Source: Myxococcales bacterium
GTDB lineage: Bacteria; Myxococcota_A; Polyangia; Polyangiales; DASUME01
Direction: 5' to 3'
DNA length: 64,000 bases
Assembly: GCA_047601445.1 (NCBI GenBank)
Contig: JASGJH010000001.1
Coordinates: 3,072,001-3,136,000, forward strand
Positions within the stretch are counted from its first letter, which is position 1. The number at the start of each line of letters is the position of its first letter. The position numbers were made by a program, and so were the translations under genes. The notes under the pieces are model-generated. The model saw nothing but the letters and a program-made list of their open reading frames with translations, was not told the DNA's origin and did not search any database. Below are positions 57,197 to 64,000 of the stretch, in pieces.

Positions 57197-58582
57197 TCAG
57201 AGTTTCGCACGTAGCGCAGCGATATCCGGGTGCTCCGGGTCGTACATGAACGCTTCGTCGAGGGCGGCCTTGGCTTGCTCGTGTTGGCCCTCTCGCAGAG
57301 CACGCTCCGCTCGATCCAGCGCATCCTTGGCACGTTCTTCGCGCTCGAAGGAGCTCAAGTTCAACACCGCCGGTGGCGTGACGGCTGCGTCGCTGGGTGT
57401 GGCGCTGTCACCCGCATCCACCACCACGCTCGGCGCGGCGTCGAGGGCCTTGGTCTTCGCGGCGTCCACGGGCGCCTCCGGGAGCGGCGGGAGCGCGGGC
57501 TGCAGCACAGCGTCTGCGTGCGTACTATCGGCGTCCGCGACGCTGGGCGCGGGATCGGTGGGCACGAACTTGAACACCACGGCCAGGCCGAACGCGAGCG
57601 CCAGCGCAAAGGGCCACAGGGCGAGCGGCTTTTTCGGGGCCACCACCGTGGGGACCTGCGAGGCGCGCGAGTTGCGCTCGTTGAGCGCCAGCGCGGGCAA
57701 GGTGTCCATCAAGCTGGCGCGCGAGATGAGTCCGCTCTCGAAGTAGGCGCTGCGCAAGGCGTGCACCATGTTGAGCACGTGGTCGTAGCGCGCCTTGGGG
57801 TCCTTGCGCAGTCCGCGCAAGATCACCGCATCGAGGCCGGCGGGAGCGCTGGCGCCTGGCTTGGCGGCCTGGCTCGGCGACTTGGGCTCGTCGTGGATCA
57901 CGCTGTGGGCCACGTTGAGCGCATCGTTGCCCGGGAAGGCACGCGTGCCGGTGACGGCCTCGTAGATCACCGCAGCGAAGGCAAACTGATCGCTGAGTGG
58001 CGTGGCCTCGCCGCCGCTGAGTGTCTCCGGCGCGCCGTAGCAGGGCGTGCCCAAGAACTGGCCCTGCCCGGTGAGGGCCGCGTCGGGCACGCGGGCGACG
58101 CCGAAGTCCGCCAACCGGATCACGCCGTCGCTGCCCACCAGCAGGTTCTCCGGCTTGATGTCGCGATGGATGATGCCCTCGCGGTGCGCCACGTCGAGCG
58201 CGGCCCCCACCTGCTCACCCAGCGCGAGCACCTGCTCGGGCGGCAGCGGGCCGCGGTTCTTCAGGATGTCTTTGAGGTTCGACCCCTCGACGTACTCGAA
58301 GACCAGGAAGGGCCCTGCCTCGGCGTCGACGCCCACGTCGTACACAGCGACGATGGAGCGATGACGCAACCGTCCCACGGCGCGCGCTTCGTTGCGGAAG
58401 CGCACCAGGAATGCGGCCTGCTCGTCGGGCGAGCCTGCGTTGCGCACCGTCTTGATGGCCACGTCGCGATCGAGCTCGGTGTCGCGCGCCAGGACCACGC
58501 TGCCCATGGCTCCGCTGCCGAGCAGACGCTTGACCGGGTAGCGACCGATTTTCTCGGGAAGCGGGGGCGAGGAAGCAGGCAT
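57197..58582 (-). CDS. Membrane Ser/Thr protein kinase (canonical motifs)
   Basis: LGSGAMG, VAIK, NEAR, HRDIKPEN, DFG, GTPCYGAPE; TM; C-terminal TPR-like helix pair. Confidence 0.93.
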   Translation of the reverse strand: MPASSPPLPEKIGRYPVKRLLGSGAMGSVVLARDTELDRDVAIKTVRNAGSPDEQAAFLVRFRNEARAVGRLRHRSIVAVYDVGVDAEAGPFLVFEYVEGSNLKDILKNRGPLPPEQVLALGEQVGAALDVAHREGIIHRDIKPENLLVGSDGVIRLADFGVARVPDAALTGQGQFLGTPCYGAPETLSGGEATPLSDQFAFAAVIYEAVTGTRAFPGNDALNVAHSVIHDEPKSPSQAAKPGASAPAGLDAVILRGLRKDPKARYDHVLNMVHALRSAYFESGLISRASLMDTLPALALNERNSRASQVPTVVAPKKPLALWPFALALAFGLAVVFKFVPTDPAPSVADADSTHADAVLQPALPPLPEAPVDAAKTKALDAAPSVVVDAGDSATPSDAAVTPPAVLNLSSFEREERAKDALDRAERALREGQHEQAKAALDEAFMYDPEHPDIAALRAKL

Positions 58583-58622
58583 GGGGCGACGAAGAGCGAC
58601 GAGGAAGGCTGCGCGCGGCGGT

Positions 58623-60026
58623 CTAGAGCCGGTGAAGCTTGACTGTATTGGTTCCGGACGAAGGCGGCCAACCGATCACGAGCGCAAATGCGTCGCCCTT
58701 CGCACAGATCTTCTCGCGGGCTAGCACACTGGTGGCGATGCGCAGGGTCTCCTCGAGGTCCTCGGCTGGCAATCCCAGGCGGGGCACCACCCCCCAACAG
58801 AGCGCCAGGCGATTGGCCGCCGACACCTGGGGGGTGATGGCGACGATGGGGGCGCGCGGGCGGTACTCCGAGAGCAGGGCGGCGGTACGACCGTCGCGGG
58901 TCAGCGTGACCACGGCCCGGAGGGGTAGCGTGAAACTGAGCAGCGCTGCCGCGCGCGCCCCCGCGGTTGCGAAGTCCCAGTCGTCGATCAGCTTGGGGTC
59001 CGTAATGGCACGGCTCTGGGCCTCGAGGTGGGCGCTCTCCACGTCCCGCACGATGGCGTCCATCATTTTGACGGATTCCACGGGGTAGCTGCCCGAGGCG
59101 GTCTCACCGCTGAGCATCACGGCGTCGGTTCCATCGAGCACGGCGTTCGCCACGTCCGCCGCTTCGGCGCGGGTCGGACGCGGGTTCCGCATCATCGAGT
59201 CCAGCATCTGGGTGGCCGTGATCACCAATTTCCCGCGCCGGTTCACCTCACGGATGATGCGCTTCTGCACCAGCGGCACCTTCTCGGCGCCGAGCTCCAC
59301 GCCGAGGTCGCCGCGCGCCACCATCGCCCCCTCGGCCGCGTCCAGGATGGCCTCGAGCTGAGCCACCGCCTCCGGCTTCTCGATCTTGGCGATCACCGGG
59401 GTGCCCTTGGCCAGAGCCTGGGCCTCCCGCACGTCGTCTGGGTTGCGCACGAAGGAGAGCGCCAGGTAGTCGACCTTGAGCTCGTTGACCGCGAAATCCA
59501 GGTCCCGCTTGTCCTTGTCGGTGAGCGCGGGCGCGCTGAGCGCGGACCCGGGCATATTGAGGCCCTTGTTGTTCGAGAGCGGCCCTCCTTCCGCGACGGT
59601 GGTGTGAACGTCTTCACCGTCCACGCGATCGACGATCAACTTGAGCAGGCCGTCGTCCAGGAGGATGGCGTCGCCGGGCTTCACGTCCCGGGGCAACGGC
59701 TTGTAGGTGACCGAAACGATGTTCTGGTCGCCAGGAACCTCGCGGGCGGTGAGGATGAAGGGACGCCCGGGGATGAGCTCGATGGGGCCCCCCGGAAAGC
59801 GCCCCACGCGCATCTTGGGGCCCGAGAGATCGGCGAGGATGGCGACGGGGCGACCCGCGCGCGCGGCCACCTCCCGCAAGATGCGGGCGACCTTGGCGTG
59901 ATCTTCGTGACTGCCGTGACTGAAATTGAGGCGGGCGCAGTCCATGCCCGCCCCGACCAGGGCCTGAATCATCTCAGGGGTGCTCGAGGCCGGTCCGATG
60001 GTGCAGACGATCTTGACCCTACGCAT
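58623..60026 (-). CDS. pyk: Pyruvate kinase
   Basis: MRRVKIVCTIGPAS, RLNFSHG, DLSGPKMR, IAKIE, MVARGDLGVE, ATQMLDSM, MLSGETA. Confidence 0.97.
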   Translation of the reverse strand: MRRVKIVCTIGPASSTPEMIQALVGAGMDCARLNFSHGSHEDHAKVARILREVAARAGRPVAILADLSGPKMRVGRFPGGPIELIPGRPFILTAREVPGDQNIVSVTYKPLPRDVKPGDAILLDDGLLKLIVDRVDGEDVHTTVAEGGPLSNNKGLNMPGSALSAPALTDKDKRDLDFAVNELKVDYLALSFVRNPDDVREAQALAKGTPVIAKIEKPEAVAQLEAILDAAEGAMVARGDLGVELGAEKVPLVQKRIIREVNRRGKLVITATQMLDSMMRNPRPTRAEAADVANAVLDGTDAVMLSGETASGSYPVESVKMMDAIVRDVESAHLEAQSRAITDPKLIDDWDFATAGARAAALLSFTLPLRAVVTLTRDGRTAALLSEYRPRAPIVAITPQVSAANRLALCWGVVPRLGLPAEDLEETLRIATSVLAREKICAKGDAFALVIGWPPSSGTNTVKLHRL

Positions 60027-60120
60027 TCCGTTAAGTTTGCACCCGCGCCCGGGCTCACGTCGAGAGCGCAGCGCTTCCAATGATTTGTCGTGCGAAAGCG
60101 GGTGTGGCAGGCTCGCGCGC

Positions 60121-60891
60121 ATGCTCCGGCAAGGTTTTGCGCTCGGGATTCTCGCTTCAACTCTGGTTCTGGGTTGCGCGTATCCGCGCCGCTCCACACC
60201 GCTCGGCACGGTCTCGAGCGATGTGGCGAAGACGATCGCGGCGCCCGCGGAAATGTGGCGCCTGGTCTTGGTGCGCGCCGACATCCCGCCCCAGCAGCGC
60301 AGCGGTCTGGCCTGGGACGACGACGGCAAGGGACCCGACTCCTATCTCAAGCTGCTGGTGAACGGACGCGAGCTCTGGCAGAGCCCGGTGGTCGAGAACA
60401 GCATCCACCCCGAGTTCAACGCCAGTCCGCCCAAGAATTTCGCGTTCAGCCCCGATACCAAGGTCCGGCTCGAGCTCTGGGACAAGGACGGTGTGAGCGC
60501 CGATCCAATCGGCATCTACGAGGGTCGCGGCCTGGGTGACGCCATCGTGGGCGCCCCCACGACGTTCAAGCTGGAGGGCGGCGCCACCATCACGCTCAAG
60601 CGGGACCGTCCGCAGCCGAACTACGGCAGCGGTATCGCCCTCTACGAGGTCCGCAAGCGGGTCCTCCTGGTCATCAAGGTGGTGCCGAATTCCCCGGCCG
60701 CGCGCGCTGGGCTCAAGGCCGGAGATCGCATCACGGCCATCGGCGGCAAGCTCATCGACGACCTGCCCGGCGGCCAGGCCGAGAGCGCTCTGGCCCAGGC
60801 CGGTCAGACGGGGGCCGAACTCACGCTCGAGAAGAACGGGCAGTACCGACGAATCAAACTCGACGACGGCTACGTGTGGCTCGCGATGTGA
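60121..60891 (+). CDS. Lipoprotein with C2-like domain and C-terminal PDZ domain
   Basis: Lipobox VLG-C; WDDDGKGPDSYLKL...SPVVENSIHPEFN...LELWDKDGVSADPIG; VVPNSPAARAGLKAGDRITAIGG. Confidence 0.82.
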   Translation: MLRQGFALGILASTLVLGCAYPRRSTPLGTVSSDVAKTIAAPAEMWRLVLVRADIPPQQRSGLAWDDDGKGPDSYLKLLVNGRELWQSPVVENSIHPEFNASPPKNFAFSPDTKVRLELWDKDGVSADPIGIYEGRGLGDAIVGAPTTFKLEGGATITLKRDRPQPNYGSGIALYEVRKRVLLVIKVVPNSPAARAGLKAGDRITAIGGKLIDDLPGGQAESALAQAGQTGAELTLEKNGQYRRIKLDDGYVWLAM

Positions 60892-60955
60892 CAGTCCCCG
60901 CGCACCAGGCAACACGACGGCTCCCTGTGGCTTTCGATGTGATACAAGCCCTGTC

Positions 60956-61546
60956 GTGGCGCGCCTAGTACTCTTTCTTGCCCTATTCCTCGCGGTCCTC
61001 TCCCCGCTCGCTCCTGCCCCCGTCCAGGCCGACGAGATGTTCTCCTTCCGGGGAGGCTTGAGCTTCGGCCAACGCAGGACGGACCGCAGCTACGACCCCA
61101 ACTACTTCATCACGGCCCTGAGCCTCACGGGCGACATGCTGTGGGGTCCCGCTCGGCACGGCACCTTCCGCTTCGGACCGGCCTTCGAGGCACGCACCAC
61201 CAATCTCAGCACCCTCGAGGGCGCCTACGGCTTGACGCTGCAGGTCCCACTGCCCTTGAGCATGGCGCTGACGGCCAACGGCATGATCGGCCTGGCCTGG
61301 CGTGCCCACGCAGAAGACGGCTGGATGGGCATCGGCACCGTGACCCTCGGCTATCGCAGCTACAACTATCACGGCTGGTATGGGTACGGATTGAACCTGT
61401 TCTTCAGCGGCCGAAAGCAGATCAACGACGACTACCTCGTGGAGTACACGGGTGGTGTCGAAGTAGACATGCTGTTCGTCACGGTCATCCCATACATGGC
61501 GATCAGGAACTGGCTGAACAAGGGCGACCCTCACGAAGACGAATAG
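60956..61546 (+). CDS. Exported hypothetical protein, probable small beta-barrel
   Basis: Signal peptide ending VQA; alternating beta-strand pattern; LGYRSYNYHGWYGYG. Confidence 0.7.
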   Translation: MARLVLFLALFLAVLSPLAPAPVQADEMFSFRGGLSFGQRRTDRSYDPNYFITALSLTGDMLWGPARHGTFRFGPAFEARTTNLSTLEGAYGLTLQVPLPLSMALTANGMIGLAWRAHAEDGWMGIGTVTLGYRSYNYHGWYGYGLNLFFSGRKQINDDYLVEYTGGVEVDMLFVTVIPYMAIRNWLNKGDPHEDE

Positions 61547-61572
61547 CCGGTATCAGGCCGGCCCCAACCTCC

Positions 61573-61657
61573 ACGTACGCGTGCCCGTGCCCGTACGCGA
61601 TCTCTCGTCGTACGACAAAGAGCCGTGAGTCGTTTACGGGCACGTGTACGCGTACGT
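61573..61657. repeat. Long imperfect inverted repeat (REP-like or bidirectional terminator) between convergent genes
   Basis: ACGTACGCGTGCCCGTGCCCGTA (61573-61595) matches the reverse complement of 61635-61657 at 21/23 positions; followed by TTT. Confidence 0.7.
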
Positions 61658-61662
61658 TTTCG

Positions 61663-62451
61663 TCAGCCCCACAGACCCGCCAAAAATGCCTGCGAAAGGG
61701 CCGCGGTCTCGCGCGGGCTTTCCACCTGGGGGTAGTGGCCGGGCCCTGGCAAGTGCACGAAGTGCGCGCGTGAGATGGGCTTCACCACGGTCTCGCGCAA
61801 GAGCTCGGGTGGCAGCGTGGGGTCGTCGGTCCCGATCACCAGCGTGGGCACCTGGATCTCCGCCAAGCGCTCCTGAAAGCCCCCGCGATGCCAGGCCTCG
61901 AAGGCCCCTGCGATGCAGGCCGGAGCGACCTTGTCGGAGTCCTCGAGGAGGCGCTCGCGATCCTCGGGCGTCAGCAGCTTGCATACCTGATCCACGATGC
62001 CGCCGCGGGCGGCGCGCTCGTGGGCGGCAGCCCGAAAGCCAGGCAGCACGTGCTCGGGCAGCGGGGCTCCCGCGGCGGGCACGCTGCACATCAGCATCAA
62101 CCCACTGACGTGCTCGGCGTCCTCGATGGCCACCAGCTGAGCGATCTGGCCGCCCATGCTGTGGCCGAGCAGCGCGTAGGAGGCGAGCGACTCGGCCTCC
62201 GCCAGCGCGATCACATCGCGTGCGTAGCGTGAAAGGGCGTAGTGCTCCGTGAGTTCGGGTTTGCCCGAGGCCCCGCTGCCCCGCAGATCGGGCACGATCA
62301 CGCGCAGCCCCTGCAAGTCCAGCACCTCGAGCAAGCTCGAGAACACGGCGCCCGAGACCATCCAGCCGTGCACCAAGATCACCGCGTTTGGGCCCTTGCC
62401 CAGCACGCGATAACTCAGCTCCACTCCATCATCCAAGGTCAGCTTGGGCAT
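61663..62451 (-). CDS. Alpha/beta fold hydrolase
   Basis: GGAG SD; LVHGW, DLRGSGAS, GHSMGG, GTDD, GHYPQVE. Confidence 0.93.
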   Translation of the reverse strand: MPKLTLDDGVELSYRVLGKGPNAVILVHGWMVSGAVFSSLLEVLDLQGLRVIVPDLRGSGASGKPELTEHYALSRYARDVIALAEAESLASYALLGHSMGGQIAQLVAIEDAEHVSGLMLMCSVPAAGAPLPEHVLPGFRAAAHERAARGGIVDQVCKLLTPEDRERLLEDSDKVAPACIAGAFEAWHRGGFQERLAEIQVPTLVIGTDDPTLPPELLRETVVKPISRAHFVHLPGPGHYPQVESPRETAALSQAFLAGLWG

Positions 62452-62597
62452 GGCGTCTCCTTGCGCGGCGCAACCCAGGCGGTTGCGAGCCACACATCAG
62501 ACTGCCGTTCGGGCACACCCAGCAAGGTGGCCGGATGCCCAGTCACCGGATGGTCCCGGCTGAAGCGTCCCTCCAAACCCGGAGCTCGGAAGCCGAG

Positions 62598-63656
62598 CTA
62601 CGCGTTCGACGCGCGGCGCTCTTGGGCCTCGGAGAGCATGGTGCTGAGGGTGCCTTCCTCGGCCGCTCTCACGTACTGGGCCGGCGTGAGTCCGGTCCAG
62701 CGCTTGAAGGCCCGGAAGAACGCGCTCGGTTCCGAATAACCTATGCGCTCCGCCGTGTCGCGGATGGAGGCGCCCGGCCGCCGCAGCTCCTCGCAGGCCA
62801 GCCGCTCGCGCGCTTGCTCCAGCACCTGGGACATCGATGCACCCTCGCTCTGCAGCCGGCGCCGCAAGGCACGGTGCGTGAGGCCGAACTCGCGCGCGAT
62901 CTTGGACATGTCCACGTTGCACAGGTCGGACTCGAGGCGCAGGCGGGCGCTCAGGCGCTCCACGATGCTGGCGCGGGTGCCGAGCTTGGCGAGGAGCTGC
63001 TCGGCCGCGGCACGCAGCAGTTGACTCGTGGTGAGGTCCCCGTGTCGCTGCGGGGTCTGGAGGATCGCGGCGCTGCCGAACAGGGCATTTTCGCTCTGTG
63101 AGAAGCGCACGGGACACTCGAAGAGCTGGCGGTAGCGCTCGCTATAGGCAGGCTCGGGGTGCGAGAACCAGACCTCCTGGGCGAACGCTTCCTTGCCCAC
63201 GAACGTGCGTACCACGCGCACGATCATCGAGGCGGTCATCTCAGCGCCGAAACGCAGTGTCTCGTCGGCGACCGCCCCGTGGTAACCGAAGCTCAAGCGG
63301 CACACGGGGCCGCGCACGCTGAGCGAAATTCGCATGTCGTCGACGATCAACGGCGAGAAGCGCTGGAATAGCTCGAAGGCCTCCTGCGGGGTGGACGCGG
63401 ACATCAAGAGGTGACCCAGCAGCTGCAGCATGTGCTCAGGCGCATTGGCTCCCAGGGCCAGCCCGATGCCGGCGTCGCCTGTCAATTTGATGGCGCGCGA
63501 GACCATGGTCTCGAACTTGGAGACCTCGATCATGCTGCGCATGTCCGAGAGCGTGGCGGGGTCGATGGCGAAGCCCTCGAGCAATGGCGCGGCGTCGAGC
63601 CCCCTACGCTGGAGCTCGCCCATCAAGCCTCGCACCATGACTATCGAGATATACAT
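62598..63656 (-). CDS. AraC family regulator with long N-terminal ligand-binding domain
   Basis: LGHLLMSAST, F.CPVRF, RALRRRLQSEG, IGYSEPSAFFRAFKRWTGLTP. Confidence 0.94.
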   Translation of the reverse strand: MYISIVMVRGLMGELQRRGLDAAPLLEGFAIDPATLSDMRSMIEVSKFETMVSRAIKLTGDAGIGLALGANAPEHMLQLLGHLLMSASTPQEAFELFQRFSPLIVDDMRISLSVRGPVCRLSFGYHGAVADETLRFGAEMTASMIVRVVRTFVGKEAFAQEVWFSHPEPAYSERYRQLFECPVRFSQSENALFGSAAILQTPQRHGDLTTSQLLRAAAEQLLAKLGTRASIVERLSARLRLESDLCNVDMSKIAREFGLTHRALRRRLQSEGASMSQVLEQARERLACEELRRPGASIRDTAERIGYSEPSAFFRAFKRWTGLTPAQYVRAAEEGTLSTMLSEAQERRASNA

Positions 63657-63687
63657 GCACTACACCTAAGAAAAGGCGCCTCGCGAG

Positions 63688-64000
63688 CTAGGCTACCTGC
63701 TCGGCGATCTGCTGGAGCAAAGGTTCCAACTCTTCCTGCACGTCGTCAAACTGGACCGCGATGCGATTGGGCCAGGCCCCCTCGGGATCCTCGGGGTTGG
63801 CCTCCAGGCGGACTACCTTCCCCTCGAGCTCGTAGCTCTCGCCCTTGGGCGGCACCGCGAAGCTCACCTTCACGCGCTCGCCGGGTTCGAGGTTCGCGGG
63901 GGACGCCAGGAGCACTCCGCCGGCACCGACGTTGTGCGTAATGGCGAAGGCCCCGCCCGAACTGGTGCTCAGCTGGACAGGGAACCAGACCTGATAGCGG
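63688..64000 (-). CDS. PilZ-domain protein, partial (start beyond window end)
   Basis: Minus-strand reading RYQVWFPVQL...THNVGAGGVLL...PGERVKVSF...LEGKVVR...IAVQF. Confidence 0.75.
   Translation of the reverse strand, partial: RYQVWFPVQLSTSSGGAFAITHNVGAGGVLLASPANLEPGERVKVSFAVPPKGESYELEGKVVRLEANPEDPEGAWPNRIAVQFDDVQEELEPLLQQIAEQVA

Noticed and set aside
1..64000. tRNA, rRNA, IS elements, prophage or defence island
   Set aside because: No cloverleaf or rRNA signatures, transposase, integrase or phage genes, or large compositional shift recognised by eye

Overview
High-GC, gene-dense chromosomal segment whose protein families (Glt/Agm-like TPR proteins, CorE-like sigma factor, many Ser/Thr kinase-like proteins, PilZ protein) point to a myxobacterium, probably Polyangiales; the taxonomy is my inference. 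About 52 CDSs are supported. I found no rRNA, tRNA, CRISPR array or mobile element. Housekeeping genes: purC, purB, guaB, corA, bamD, phoH, cysK, pyk. Highlights: (1) a eukaryote-like Delta24-sterol reductase (DHCR24/DWF1) near a FadL-like barrel and a 16-Cys lipoprotein; (2) a CorE-type metal-responsive ECF sigma factor coupled to an AI-2E transporter; (3) a TauE / VKOR-DsbA / Cys-rich OmpA-like / TlpA redox cluster; (4) a 1773-aa EAD-like + pseudokinase + AgmK-like TPR protein; (5) a nine-gene Glt/Nfs-like envelope operon with two uncharacterised subunits and no aglRQS motor in the window; (6) three catalytically degenerate kinases; (7) a C2-PDZ lipoprotein; (8) repeated -10 boxes 6-8 nt before start codons, suggesting leaderless mRNAs; (9) two single-base +1 frameshifts and REP-like intergenic palindromes. 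All family assignments come from motif recognition by eye, with no database searches.
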